The translations under genes were made by a program, and so were the position numbers. From Fimicolochytrium jonesii (taxonomy: Eukaryota), in contig NW_026515675.1 of assembly GCF_025526975.1 (NCBI RefSeq), positions 744,001 through 808,000 of the forward strand: a DNA stretch of 64,000 nucleotides. The letters run 5' to 3'. Below, piece after piece: positions 24,201 to 37,876 of this stretch (positions within the stretch are counted from its first letter, which is position 1; the number at the start of each line of letters is the position of its first letter). The notes beneath the pieces are model-generated. The model saw only the letters and a list, made by a program, of their open reading frames with translations, had not been told where the DNA came from and did not search any database.

Positions 24201-25170
24201 CACTGACTCATCTTTGGTGTACCTGTCGGGAGTGTACCGCATTAGCACAAAGCTCCCTTCACGAAGCAAAATGTGGACCGGAAACCCACGTCACAGTCGA
24301 CCCATCCATCTGCAACAGATCATGCAAAGCCGCCTGATACGTCAGCGAATGCAACAACGGGATAAGCGGATCCGCAGTCCTATCTACAATTATCAGCTCC
24401 GTCTGAGGATAAGCGCTCTCCGGCGGCCACGTGGGATCCAGCTCCTTCATCTCCGCAATGGCATCATGAACCTTAAACGCCAAATGCGCCGACAATGTAT
24501 CGCGGCTGCCCGTCGGATCAAAGTACCGTATCACCGGCGAGTCCTCCATCGTCGACAGCACGGATTTCATCCTATCCGCAACACTATCGAGGTACTTATC
24601 AACCTCCCCGAAATCCGACCTATCATGGGTTTTCAAGAACGCGGAAATGTCATCGAAATGAAACACCTGCGACTCGAACGGCAAAAAGTCAATGTTGATC
24701 TCCTTCAGCGCCTGGATGTATTTCCGGACATTCGAGGTTTTGATGTAGTCGAACAGTGCGTCAGGGAGGGCGGCTATGCAGAAGATATGCGCTGCGGCGT
24801 ACATCGGTTTTGACCCGCTGAAGTCTTTGACCAGGAACTCGACAGATTCTTTCGTCGGGGAAATGAGGTAAATGGCTTCTTTGTCCGGGTATCGTGTCCT
24901 CTTCCGTGCTGAGAGCGTCTCCGTCACGGGTACATTCACGTCGGCCAGATCGTGGACATCGCAGACGCTGTTCATAACACGCAGCACGTGCTCGTCGACG
25001 AGGAGGACTTTCCATGTTCCCGGTGTTTGAACGGACTTTAGCGAGTCTACCAGAATGCCTGCAGGTGGGGGTCAAAGAGTCAGTCAGAGACCAGCTGGAA
25101 ACGAAAGAACCAAAGGCCAGCTGTCCATCTGCGTACGCTTTTTGACGGCATCCTTTAGGGATATCGTCAT
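20543..25170 (-). CDS. SEC1: Sec1/Munc18 (SM) family protein with very long disordered C-terminal tail; exact 3' end uncertain
   Basis: MTISLKDAVKK, WKVLLVD, EAIYLISPT, LKEINIDFLPFESQVF, LIIVDRTADPLIPLLHSLTYQA, RYVPALK, RIIVLFVDGVTFPELR, EVYIG|SPGLLTPSVFVSSL continuing in frame into ORF 20543-23032. Confidence 0.88.
21170..21250 (-). repeat. CAG/CAT trinucleotide repeat encoding poly-Q/H in the Sec1 tail
   Basis: (gct)n run on the + strand; translation HQQQQQQQQQQHQHQQQQQPQHHQHQH. Confidence 0.9.
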
Positions 25171-25659
25171 GGTTTTCTAAGTTGACTTTTGTAAATTATG
25201 TGACCCCCTGTCTCAAGCCCGCTGCTTGCCAACAGCGGCAACTGAAGAGCGCTCTCTTTGATGAGCCTTTGAGCGCGAGAGTGCGAGTTTTCTCTGTGGG
25301 AAACAGCAGCAGCGATCGTTGTCCACTGGGCAGCTGGGCCGCTTCGGGAGGACGAGAGCGAGCCATCGGGCGAAGCCACTTGGGCGACCGACCCACAGCC
25401 CCGGTCCCCGGTAACTTGGCTCGGGATCCAGGTAACGCGCTGTCAGTAGTTGGCTTCATGTTCAGCACCACTCACTAACATGAGGATATACTGTATGTTT
25501 TGGATATGTGTATATACAGATTGGCCAACAAAGCTACGCTCTTCCCTCTTCCTCGGCGTTGCACTATGGGCTCAGAGGATGCCTTCCGCGGTATGCAATG
25601 GGTCCGTCAGAGCTTCAACGGCACCAACTGCCGTCGAGATGGATGATGAGGGTAGAGGC

Positions 25660-28600
25660 TCAGTGGTGTTGGTGGTGGCGAGTGATTGTTGCTGGTGAAC
25701 TGGATGCGGTTGGTATTGACTCTGCGCCGACCGTTCCGGAAGCTGCTTCCGTTCGTGACCCACTGTCGGATGGTCCCGCCGCTATCGAGCCTTCCTCAGG
25801 CAGTGGCGCCGCTGTCGGATGTCCATCCCGTACAGGTGCATCAACAACCGGTGCCGGTACTTGCGGGGCTGTCGTCTGCGGCGCCCGCCCAGCCACCGCC
25901 CCCCCATCATCCAAATTATGCAGCCTCCTCCCCACCAAAAACTGCTCCTCCCTAATCTGCTCCATCCACGCCAACAGCGCCTTCACACCCGCCCACAGCG
26001 CGCCCACAACCAACCCACATACCAAGGTCCCCGGAAACGCCCACCTCAGACTCAACGCCAGACTAACCGTCGACTCGCTATCCCCACCCCCACCGGCCTG
26101 CATCAACGCCGGTTTCCACACATACCGGATCCCCGCCGCGGCGGAAATCGGCACGATGGTGAGCGCGAGGCAGATGAGCAGTAATGGGCGGATGACAACG
26201 TTCCACACGGGCCGGACCCGCACGCGCCGCACGCCGCCGGTGACCATCTCCCGAAGAACGCGCTGCACGTCGTTCTCCGGGCCGACCATCACGAGCGCCC
26301 AGCCGATCTTCATGTAGACTGCGCCGAGGGCCCAGTCTTGCAACAACGCTTGGATCAGCATCCGTGTCGCTTGGGCGTGGGTGGGCGGTGCGGCGAGGTT
26401 GACCCCGACGTAGCGCGAGCCGCCGCCGCCACCGGAGGTGGGTTGCACTGGTGTTGGGAGACCGCCGGTTGACGCAAACCGTGGAACGACGAGGGGGCGG
26501 AAGGGTTGGATTAGGTACATGTCGAAGAGTAATCCCTCCAGTAGCGGTAGGAGGATTCCAAACATGAATCCCAGAAACGCCAGTTTCGCCACCAGAACCG
26601 AGGATCGCATCCCACGATGCACCCATCTCCGCACTACGCGTCGCCATGGGTGTCGCCGCACAATGCGAGCTGGAGTCTCCCCGCCTATCGAATGGCCGAC
26701 TCCTCCAGTATTCGCAGCGGGAGAAGCACGTTGCGCAATAGTCGTCCGCTGGGTATGCGTCCTCCGCTGCCACGATCGAATCAAATCATTCAGCCGTATA
26801 ACAGGATGCAGCGTCAAGAACAGCAAGAAGATCCCGACCGCGTATGAGTACATGTCGTGAACAGGCAAGTCGGGGCGCATGATGCGTTTCGGATGCGAGA
26901 TTGTTGTGGTCGTGTTGTTTGCTGTTTCTGCGAGCAGGGTTGCGTTCCTTAGAGGGTTGTAGGAGGGGGTTGTGAATGCTTCGACGTTGGGGATGAGTGT
27001 GGAGGCTTGGATGAAGAATGTCCGACCCAGGAATACTGCGGTGCATGGCAAACTTGTTGGTTCCACGCCAGCTGGTTAAACCGAACACACAAACGTTACT
27101 TACGAGGCACGATGATAATCGCAGCAATCAACAACGTCCCACACACCCACTGGAAAAACAGCAATAGCCCCACCTACAAAACCCCCAAAAACGGTAAGTC
27201 ACACCATCCCCCCACTACTCATCCCCCACCACCCGACATACCCTTATCTTGAAATCCTCCGGCACATAAACCTTCGTCCAATTCAACCGCACCTCCTCCT
27301 CCGTCTCGCCCTCCCTGCCACGTAAGGGTTCGTCCCTCCGCATTGGGGTTAGCATGCGTTCGCCCGGAATGAGTTCCACGTGGTCGTGGTTGGGGACGCG
27401 CATGTAGGGGAATTCGCGGTCTAGGCCGTGTTTTGTTCGGGGTTTGGTGGAGGATGTGGTTGGCTTCGTGGGTGAGCTTGATGAGGCTGCAGGTTCTCCT
27501 TCGGTATCGGAGCGATGAGGCGCTGATGAAGGTTCTCCTTCTTTCGCTTCCGTAAGACCGCTCCCTGTCTCGGTCTCCGCGACATTGCCGCCAGTAACTG
27601 GCGCGTTCGCGGGTTGAACGTCAGCGCCCGCGTCCCCTTCGGTCTCGACGGCGTTTTCAACCGCCACAATACCCGCACCATTGCCCTGTCCGTGATCCAC
27701 CCGCTCATTCCCCCCCTCCCCACCCCCAATTCTCTCCACTTCCACCCCCACCCCCCCAATCAAAAAACTCGTCAACCTCAAATGCCTCGCCATAACCCTG
27801 AACCACGCCTGCACCAGCCTCTCTAACAGCTCCTTCGGCTGGATCCACGCCACAGTCCACGGCACCACAAAATGAAAAATCAGCAAATCGATCGGAAACT
27901 CCGACATCGGCTCCGACAAATCCCACTTCAACGGCCACATCTTCCCGGGACCCTCCGTCTGCCCCGTCAGGTGATCGTACACCCACACGCACCCGACAAC
28001 GCCCCCGACCCCGCCGACGACCATCAGCGCGTACATCATGGTCCCGAACGCCAGTTTCCGAATCTGCGTAAGCACCGGCCGCTCAAGGATATCGTTCATC
28101 GGATGGAACTGCGGGTCGTTAGGGTCGCGGATGAACCACATGACCCCCGGACGCACGACGCGGCGGATGGTGGAGATGTAGAGGGCGAATTGGAACATGA
28201 AGGTGGTGCCCGCGAGCCAGTGGAGGAATTCGGAGGTCCAGGGGTGGGCTTTGTAGAAGGCCCAGCGGGAGGCGAGGTTGACGTGCGCGCCGAAGAGGGG
28301 GAGGGTGCAGATGTCGATTAGGATTCCGCAGAAGAGCGGGAAGGCGCCGAGTTCGATTGTTAGGAAGAATGAGAACTGAGGGGATGAGGGAATTAGATAT
28401 CTGGAATTCGCAAATCGAATCGTATACAATGAATCACATACCTTGATACCCATGCCCAGATACGAAAACCACTTCAACGAAATCCTCTTCAAAGTCTGCG
28501 CATAAGGATGCTGCAACAACCCCGTTCGTCTCTACATCAACAAAGAAGAAACAAGTTCAACAACCGTCCAAACCCCCGCGTCTCTCGAACAGAAACGGCA

Positions 28601-31468
28601 ACATACAGCATAATCAAAGATAAAAAAAATCTGCGTGAAATATCCAATAATCGTAAACAGGATCTTCTCCGGGATACCCAGGAACTTCTCCGGCTCTTCG
28701 GCGTCTGCAGCAGCGTTCTTCGACCCAACTGAGGGTAATGTGGTGTTACCAACCACAGTAAGGTTGGCCTTGGAAGTAAGCGTGTCGGTGTAGTTGACAC
28801 TGCTCGCGATCTGAGCCTCAAAGACCTGCACCATCACCGGCGTCACCGTCTCATTCGCCTTCTCCACATCAACCGCTCGCGGAATATCCCGATTACCCTC
28901 CTCCGTCAGATTCCCCTTCACTCTGCCGCCCACACTCTCACTTGCCCCCTTCCCCACAAACTTCCTCACAGCCCCCGCCCCAACCCCGCCAACCCCCGCC
29001 ACCTTAACCCCGCCCAACACCAAATCCACCACCGGATCCAGCAACGGATCCGTCACCACCTGCAACTTCTCCACCGCCCACCCGACGCCCGGTGCATACA
29101 CATCTTTCACCATGTACATCATCGCGCGGCCGATCCAGTAGGGTATCCACACCCCTAGGAGGAGGGCGACGATGATGACGAGGACTACCATGATGACGGA
29201 CTGCAAGAGGTGCTCGAGGGGACCGTAGACGCCGACGAGTTCGAGGAAGGCGTTCATCTCGTTGTTGACGTTTAGGTCGATGTTGTTGTTGTCGGCAGGG
29301 GGAGCGTTGGGGGCGGCGGCTTCGAGTTGACGGATTACGTCGGGGTTGGGGTTGGCGGCGGCGGCGTCGGCTATGTGGCGGACGAGGGGGTGGACGGGGG
29401 CGGGGCGGGGTGGGGGTGGTGGGGGTGGTTGTTGTTGTTGGGCGATATTATCGTGTTCGCGTTCGCCGTCCTCCCTGTTCCCACCGAAATAGCCGAGCAG
29501 CACTCCTCGGGCATTATTGGGTGCGACCGGCTCGTTAAATACGTCGTCGATGTCTTCCCACATCTGGTCGTTGTCGTCTTCAGGTATCGCCGCTGCATCC
29601 TCCGAGTTGGCTTCATCTGCAGATTCAACCACGAGACTCGCGCCACCGTGATCCTCCGATGCATCCTGCTGCGACCCCGACCGCTTCAACTTCATCAAAT
29701 CATAATCAGTAGCAGCACTCCGCAACCGTTTCGCAGTCTCCTCCGCATCCGCTTCCAACGCTTCCAACATGACCGATTTCTTCCCCTTATCCACAACCAC
29801 GCTTTCCTGCTCCGCCTCCTCCTGCTCATCGTCATCGTCTTCATCCTCATCAAACGACGTGTCGCCTAGACCCAAAGACATGGGCTGAAGGGCGTTGGGG
29901 GGGACTTCATGCGCCTCGGTTTCGGATGCTAAGGTGGGGAAGGCTGTTATCCGTGCCCCGAATTGCGAGATTTCGTGGTCGAAGCCGAGGCCGGGGATGG
30001 TGCTGCCGAAGCGTGGGGGTGGGTGGTCCTTCGAGTCTACTGAGTGTAGTGACCCGGGATTCTCTGGTTGTGGTGGTCGATGGACACCGGAACTCGATGC
30101 ATGGTCTTCAGACGCGTGACGGCTATGCTCTTCCTCCTCCGTAGTGTGCCCGGTACTCCTCCGTCGCCGCAGGCCCGAACTGGATGCGTTCACCTCGACC
30201 GCGTCCTTTCCGATGTTTGCTGGGTCGTACATCCCAACATACGCGAATGGTTGTCGATTTCCACTTTGCTGAACATCAAGTTTGTCTTCCGCCGCATCCC
30301 CACCATCCGTCCGATGTGCAATAAAATCGCCATGTACATGTGGAACCGGTTGTTCAGCAGCGGGCAGTCCCACCACACCCCCATTTTCCCGCTCCTGTTC
30401 CGCCATATGCATCCTCACAGCCTCCTCAACCGCAGCTTCCACCGGCGGCAACTCGTCCAGTTCCGCGGGCGGTGCCGGGAGATTGATAGGCCGGCCCTGT
30501 CCATCCACCGGCGTGTTCATCACGACGTATTCTCGGAGACAGAGGAAGGCGAGGCAGATGATGACTGCGATTGAGGCAATGATTTGGCCTTCGAAGACGT
30601 CGGCGAAGAATGTGCTGGATGATGCGGATTTTTTGCGGTGAGCACCTGTGATTGCGTCGTGAAAAAAAAAAGTGAGGTGGAAATTTCTCACCTCAGCAGT
30701 CGACCATAATCCGGCCCACCCACAGCAAACGCCCAGGGTTCCGCCCTTCCCTCCGTCGGCGGTGACGACCTAAACGGAATCAACGGCATCGTCGTCGCAA
30801 ACACCGCCAACCTCCCAAACGGAATCTCAATCTTCACCGCCTTCCATAACGTCGCCTGCCCATCCACAAACGCGCTGAGTAATAACGACGGCTGGAAATG
30901 CATCCGCCATATCCACACGGTGAGGTACGGCACCCATATCAGCCAGACGAGGGCAGCTACGACTACGCGAGTGTAGAAGCGGGACATGGAGAGCAGGCGG
31001 CGGCCAAGGACGGAGATGAAAAAGAGGACGGATATGCGTTCGGGGGCTTGGTCAGAGTATACTGAAGAGGGATTTACGATGAGGTTTGAATGCTGACGAA
31101 GACGCTGATGCACGCAGACACTTACTTGGGGTGAAAGAGAAGGGATAGTTGCAAATCTCGCATTGGCGCTTTTTGCTGTGCTGTAGCCATTCTTCAAGAC
31201 TGTTCCGAGTGACGTGTGAGAAAACAACGGTACGAGTGGCAGGACGGTTTTGGCACGTCATTCTTACCAATCCTGGTGCACATATTTCATCGATCCCGAA
31301 CATTTGCATGGATAATGAAGCGGCTGTTCTGGAGTGGAGGGACACCGACATACTCTGCAGATTTCGACTGGGTGGGGACAGAATTCGGTCAGCTCTTTCC
31401 TGCACCATTCGTCGGGAAGGTTTTGAAAGCAACCCGGTGGATGACATACTTTCTTCGTCGAGGGGCAT
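25660..31468 (-). CDS. DOA10: ERAD E3 ubiquitin ligase Doa10/MARCH6 (RING-CH plus multipass TM)
   Basis: [52 protein letters not shown] region [40 protein letters not shown]-terminal [11 protein letters not shown]. Confidence 0.93.
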
Positions 31469-32030
31469 GATGAACGAGCTAAGATAGGGAGTTGGAGTGA
31501 GATTGGGACAGTCGGCGGTTGCCCAACTGCAATCGTCCTGCACATGTACAGCGCGACGGGAAACTAGTGGCTGCCGAGTTCACTTCAAAGTGGTATGGCG
31601 TCGGTGGGGGCAAGGCGTATATAGTCCCTGTCCAGCCCAGCAAGCCTATGGATCGAGAGCGCTAGTGGAGGAGAGCTGAGACTATGTTGAGTCGGGGGTT
31701 CGGCCGTGTATATTGATCTCGGTCTTGTCTGAAGTCTTGGGATTGCAGGAAATGCGATGGATCTGGGTGGGCGGCTGTCATTGGCCGCCCTCACAGCCCT
31801 CCCCTCGCGCACCGCCAGTCGCGTGGTGCAAGCGCCATCTTCAACCCGCTCACAAATCAACCAGCATTTGGGCTTCCATACCACTCTACTACTGCCTAAA
31901 GTGGGCATATAGAGGCTCTACATACGATGCAAACGGCACACTGCTAACTCTTGTGATCGCTCTCTCTCTCTACGCCGTATGAGCAGTCCACCACAATCCA
32001 ATCCGACACACAACGAGAACGAAAGATCCG

Positions 32031-33768
32031 CTATTCGGTCTTCCCAATAGCGTTCAACCGCTCCACAAGCGGCGGATGACTGTAATGCCACGCACTGTAC
32101 CACGGATCTGGGTTCAACGTGCCCTTGTTCTCGACATGCAGCTTCGTGAGCGCGCTCTTCAAAAGGGTTCCGTAGCCGAGCTTCTTGGCGAAGGAGTCTG
32201 TAACCGCGATGTGAGATTCGTGAGAGGTTTGATTCAACGAAGGTGAATATGACGGAAGACATACCTGCTTGGAACTCGTTCCGGCGCGATACCATGTTCT
32301 GCAAGAACCCGAGGACGGTTTCTACTGGGCCGAGCAGGTACTACCATTATCGCGATGTAGGAATCAATCGGTAAGTCATTGGATTAAATAACTGCAGTAG
32401 AATGGGGATCCATACCTGAAATAAGGTGAACCCGATCAACACCGGCTCCGTCGCGAAACCGAACGCGCGATAGAGCGGTGTGTGGTTGATGAACAGGCTG
32501 AAGAGGTAGAAGATGCAGAAGAGGTGCAGCTGGATGATGACGAGCGTGCTGAGGACGTGGTTGTAGTGCCAGTGCCCGAGTTCGTGTGCTGAAGGAGTTC
32601 AAGGGGAACGTTTGGTAAATGAAAAATGGTAAATTGAGCAACGTAACTTTGCCCAACGTTTTTATAACATACCCAAAACCGCACAAACTTCATCCTCCGT
32701 GCTGTGGTCAAGAAGCGTGTCGTACAGCACGATCCGCTTGTTCTTGAAGAACCCATAAAAGTACGCATTGCTGTGCGCAGACCGTTTCGATCCGTCGATG
32801 ACGAAGAGCTTCTTCAAAGGGAAGTTAATGCGGGAAGCGAGCTCGTTGATCTTGGTTCGCAGAGTGCCTTCTGGCAAGGGCGTGAATTTGTTGAAGAGAG
32901 GTTGTATCAAAGTCGGAAAGATCAGGATCATTACGAATTGCACCACCAGCCTGGAAGCAGACGTCTGGTGTTAGCAAGGGCGCTTCCATTGAGGGCGAAG
33001 TGAGGGCGTTGCGTGCATATGGAGGCCACTCACACAAAGACCCAGATGTAAAAGTAGAAGTTCGACCCCGCCCATTCGATGATCTTCAAGAAGGCGACAA
33101 GCAACGGGATACCGATCACGGCGCTCAACAGCTGCCCCTTCACCATATCGGTAAAAAACAGCCGTAATGTTTGCTTATTGAAGCCGTGGCGCTCCTCAAT
33201 GACAAACGTGGAATAGAGCGAGAATGGGATGCTCGTCGACGGGATAATCGACAAGAGGACGACAAAGACAATGGATTGCACCACCTGTGGAGCAAAGGTT
33301 CCGGTCAGAGACTGATGCGAACGTGAGCTTTCGCACTCAATCAGGCCCTCACCTCATACTCCGCCCCATATCCATACTTCCCCATCAACGTTCCCGCCAC
33401 ATTCCAAACATACGGTAACACATCGTAGTAGATATACACCGTGCTCTCAATTTGTTCAACCAGGTCTTTCAAGAACGCGAATTTCGCCTTGTCGAGCCCA
33501 TAAAGCCGTGCTTTGTTGAATTCATCAGCCTTAATGACGTGCGACACAGAGGCGGGTATTTTGGGGTTGTGCAGGGCTAGGTATTGCCGGTAACTATCGG
33601 CGTTTATTTGTTGAGTGCAAGTCCTACGCCCATTCTGACCCACCGTTGGAAGTTGACAGATGCGTTTGAGACTCACTTTAGGAGGGTGTTCCAGGCGTAT
33701 ATGAACCAGGAAAAGACCAGGACATAGTGCTTGTAGGGAAGGTCCCCGCTGTTCACTTGGACGGTCAT
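32031..33768 (-). CDS. STE24: CAAX prenyl protease Ste24 (M48A zinc metalloprotease)
   Basis: [51 protein letters not shown], spliced [27 protein letters not shown]. Confidence 0.95.
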
Positions 33769-35602
33769 CGTAAATGTAGCTGTTGGCCGAGCAGCTTGTG
33801 TGTTGCAAGTGCTTCAGTCGCCGGATTGCGGAGTGTGGGGCATTGGGAACTTTCAACCAAGTCTCCGGCCAGCGCTCCCCAACGCGTCCAGGAGCGGAAC
33901 TTGGACTCTTGGTCGCGAAGGAGAGACCAGATGCATATACAGGCTGTGCTAGATGGTAAATGCACTTGCCGATGCAGCATAGTCGGCCACAGATTCCCCG
34001 GGCCAGAGATCACGTAGAGGTTTGTGTCACGGTGCTCAAGCAGAGTGAGACTTCAAAAACTTTGGCGGTCTTCATTCGGGACTATGCAGGGCGCAAAGAC
34101 GTCCCCAGCAAAGAAGTCCCTAGCGATTACGCGATCGCAACAGCATGCATCGTTCTGGGGATGAAACATTAGTCTTTGTTGGGCAGTGACACCGTAAGCA
34201 CATGCGGGAAGGGATGCCGGTGTGGATCGTTGTGGTTACGGAAGGCGAACAGCGGCAGTGTCAGCCCACGCAAGACTGCTCCATAGTTTGCCTAGCTCCT
34301 CAGGAATCAAAGACGCAAGACATTCATCGAGCCGTTGTCATAACCGAGACATGCTCCAACGGTGCCGCACAACCGGTGCGGAGAGATGCTGTCGTCTTTC
34401 CGCGGCGCCTCAAATGTGTCGGATGTCGTTGTGGTAGATGTCTCTCCCATGAAAGCTAACCAAGCTGCCATGCGCTTACCATTGGACTACGGAACTTGCG
34501 GTTTGCGGAGCTGAACACACCAAGCAACTGTCGCCTACCTCACGCGGAAGTCTCTGAGCAGTTGAAGGTAATTTCAACGCTTTTTTATCGATTTGAGGCT
34601 GTGAGGCTGCCACTTCCGACTGCACCAATGCTAGACGAGCTTATATGGAATAAAGCCAGAGAGAGAGGGCGAGATTGCCATGCCGCTTGAGACGAAAGGG
34701 GCATTCACGCCAAGCGAGTGCCACTACATACTATGTAGAAAACCCCTATTTTCGTTCCATACCAGTCAGCATGTCCGCGGCACTTCCTTGATTGGTGTCC
34801 TTGAAGCCATTTCTAGAAATTCCGAAAAGAACCGCCTCACGGTCGCAGAATAAAATGACAGTTCGTTCACGCGAGTTCTACACCAGTTGGAGACGCCGAC
34901 GGCACCTTCTTGCTTTTCCTGAAACCGGGGCTCTTTGGAGTCTTCTGCGAGTGAAGCGCCGGTGGGTTGGCGTCCGTAAAGCTTAATTACTCACCCACAA
35001 TCGCCGCACAAAGGAGGCGGCTCTTGAGACAATCGAGATGCTTGTTTGCGTCTGCGGGACGTCTGTTGTGGTCCACGGTACGAAAGACTCTTTTCTCCGG
35101 TGTTGACGCCCAAACCAGGGGAAAGCCACCGCCCCCGAGAAACTCCCAGCATTGACGCGTATTGGGTAAGCGCGATAGACGGTCACTTGCGACCAGAAAC
35201 GACAGGAGAAAGAGAAGGAGAAGAGCCACCCCAACACCCATTTGCTGCCTGCCCGTGCATGACGGGCGTAAATACCGCTTAGGAGGCACCTTTGGCAAGC
35301 CGCGGTCTATGCGCAATAGGAAAAATATGGAGAGCCACCACCTCGTAGGACCTGTGAGAGCAGCCATCGTCCTTGCGCGCCGCTGTTTTCTCCTCTGTTG
35401 ACCGCACTTCCACGGTTCCATGCTCTCTACGCTACTGACGATGCTCGCTTCTGTAGGAGGGGAGGCAGCTTCCCCCATGTACAGAAAGCCTATGCATCCC
35501 ATCAGCATAAAAGCCGGGATGTCCAACCCCATTCCCTGATTCCATTCCAAGCGCAGTCTCCTCACCTTCACTTCACTTCACCTCAACATCCCTCACAAAG
35601 CC

Positions 35603-37876
35603 ATGACCATCTCCGCCAAGTTGCTCCTCGTCGCCTCGAGCGCATTGCTCGCCACCAGCAGCGCCTTCGCTCAGCTCGTCCTTCTGGGAGATTTCCTCGA
35701 GTTCCAGCCCCCGGCACTGACCGTCGCCGACGTGCAGGTCGCCACATCTTTCCAAGTCCGTCTGAAGTCCCCTCCCAACGACACCGCCACCGTCTTCTGG
35801 GACACGCCCGGCATCAAAACCAGCAACTGCACGACCACCTGGACAAAGGAGGACTACAATGTGTTCAAGCCTATGAAGTTTTACCCCATCAACCAATACA
35901 CCAAGGAAGGCAATGCCGCTATCAACGTCACTGTCAAGATGGACGCCCCTGGCTCCGTCTACGACAAGGAGGTCGCCACATACCCATGCACGCGTGATTA
36001 CAAGAAGGCGGTTACTTGCACGTCCTTGGGTGACCCACATTTCAAGACATTCGGTGGATCCGTGTACGATTACATGGAACCCGGTGTCCACTACCTCGTC
36101 AGGAGCGACCTGCTGACCGTCCAGTCCTCCGCGTTCATCTGCAACGCCGGCAGCACCTGTAACGACGCCATTGCCGTCCGCTACGGTAACGCGGCTGTGG
36201 TCTTGTCCAGCAAAGGCAAGACCGCCGCCGACGCCGTCGCCGTCGACCTTCACCAGGCTTCCGACTCCCTGGACGGTCTGAAGATCACCGTGTCCCCAGA
36301 CAAGCGCCACTACCTCATCGAGCTTCGCGAAGACGGGTCCCAGATCGAAGTGCAGGCCAACGTCTTCAACAACCTTATGTACATGGACATCACTATCCGC
36401 TTGGGTGCGCCTTACTTTGGCCGTGTCCACGGTCTCTGCAACGTGTATGCCGATGGTGCCGACAAGGGCTTGGAGTGCTCTGACGGATCGCTCACTCAGT
36501 CCGGTGCGGTCCTCGGTGGTTCTTGGAAGGTTCAGGCTGACGACAACATCTTTGCCTGCGGTGCGGCCTGCACTGCCAAGCAGCCCAGCGCGCCGGTTGA
36601 TGACGGTGGCAGCATCTGCGCCATTCCCGCCCACCCTACCGTCGAGGAACCAGCCGTCACCACCTCTGAAGTGGTCGAGCCAACTGTCATTACCAAGTTC
36701 ATCACTGAGACGAACGTGCAATCTACCACCTTGATCAACGGCAAGGAGACCAAGGACAACCAGGCCACTACCACCGCTGCCGACCCCGAGAATGGAGGCG
36801 CCACCGCTACCGCCACCGTAACAGAAGGTTCCGAGGCCACTTCGGTGATCACCAACACCGTCCTCGAGACCAACGCCGTTTTCATCACCACCGAGGTTAC
36901 GCGGATCGTCACGGCCACGGTTAACCACGAGGTCAACGTGCCTGTCGCCACCACGGTCACCAGCACCTACTTCTCCACCGTCACCGTTCTGCCCAAGTAC
37001 ACCCCGGACCCGAACATGGCCACCGAGACGGTAACCGTCACCAACCAAGCGCAGGCGAGCCCCACCGCCGACGTCGTTCTCCCCGGCGGCAACCACGAGG
37101 TGCCCCGCCCGGCCAACTGCCCCGAGAAGTTCTACAACGACGCGCACACCAACTGCAACACCCTCCTCAACGTCGAAGCGTGCTCCGCCCAGGTCGATAT
37201 CTCCTTCTACGTCTTCTCCTGTGTCCGCGACGCCGTTCGCGTCGGATCGTTCATCTTTGCCGAGGGAACCAAGAACCAGATGCTCAGCAACTGCCGCGCC
37301 AAGACCGATGCCGCGTTCGACTCTGACGATGCACCTGCGAAGGAACAGGCTCGCCAGGTCCAGCAGCAGGTCGGGCTCGGCATCCACGACTGCGGGGGCT
37401 GTGGAAAGGGCGCCTGCACACCGGACGGATGTCGCTGCCCGACTGGTTTCACCGGCCAGCACTGTGAGACCGATTCCAGCACCCTGCCTACTTACAACGC
37501 TCCCCCGGTCATCAACGTTCAGGGCGCGACGGTCGACTCCAAGCGCGACCCTAACAACTCTGGCGATGCGGTCGACCCGACCACTCCTGCTGCTGGAAAG
37601 CAGGGCGAGACCACCACCACTGCTGAGGGCAAGACTACCACAGAAGGCAAGCCGGCTGCCTCCGACTCTGCCCCTGCCGCACCTGCCGCACCTGCCGCAC
37701 CGGCCGCCGGCGCCACCTCCGCCAACAACCCATTCCCCGTCGAGCAACTTCCCGCCGCCGGCCCCATCACCAACACACCCGCCACCCCCCCAGCCACCGA
37801 AGGCATCATCTCCGGCGCCCGCTCCGTGGCTGCCGGCTTTGGCTCGTTCGTCGCTGCTGTTGCCCTCTTGCTGTAG
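35603..37876 (+). CDS. Secreted, probably GPI-anchored von Willebrand factor type D (VWD) / Cys-rich / EGF surface protein
   Basis: Signal peptide; CTSLGDPHFKTFGG and VHGLCN (VWD); Thr/Val-rich stalk; Cys-rich segment; EGF CGKGACTPDGCRCPTGFTGQHCE; ISGA-RSVAAGFGSFVAAVALLL GPI-like end. Intronless; CATAAAA at 35506-35512. Confidence 0.85.
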   Translation: MTISAKLLLVASSALLATSSAFAQLVLLGDFLEFQPPALTVADVQVATSFQVRLKSPPNDTATVFWDTPGIKTSNCTTTWTKEDYNVFKPMKFYPINQYTKEGNAAINVTVKMDAPGSVYDKEVATYPCTRDYKKAVTCTSLGDPHFKTFGGSVYDYMEPGVHYLVRSDLLTVQSSAFICNAGSTCNDAIAVRYGNAAVVLSSKGKTAADAVAVDLHQASDSLDGLKITVSPDKRHYLIELREDGSQIEVQANVFNNLMYMDITIRLGAPYFGRVHGLCNVYADGADKGLECSDGSLTQSGAVLGGSWKVQADDNIFACGAACTAKQPSAPVDDGGSICAIPAHPTVEEPAVTTSEVVEPTVITKFITETNVQSTTLINGKETKDNQATTTAADPENGGATATATVTEGSEATSVITNTVLETNAVFITTEVTRIVTATVNHEVNVPVATTVTSTYFSTVTVLPKYTPDPNMATETVTVTNQAQASPTADVVLPGGNHEVPRPANCPEKFYNDAHTNCNTLLNVEACSAQVDISFYVFSCVRDAVRVGSFIFAEGTKNQMLSNCRAKTDAAFDSDDAPAKEQARQVQQQVGLGIHDCGGCGKGACTPDGCRCPTGFTGQHCETDSSTLPTYNAPPVINVQGATVDSKRDPNNSGDAVDPTTPAAGKQGETTTTAEGKTTTEGKPAASDSAPAAPAAPAAPAAGATSANNPFPVEQLPAAGPITNTPATPPATEGIISGARSVAAGFGSFVAAVALLL

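Noticed and set aside
33900..35570. ORFs upstream of the VWD gene
   Set aside because: Random-looking translations in a divergent promoter region.
35573..37747. 724-aa antisense ORF opposite the VWD gene
   Set aside because: Expected from strong C-ending codon bias; no recognisable motifs.
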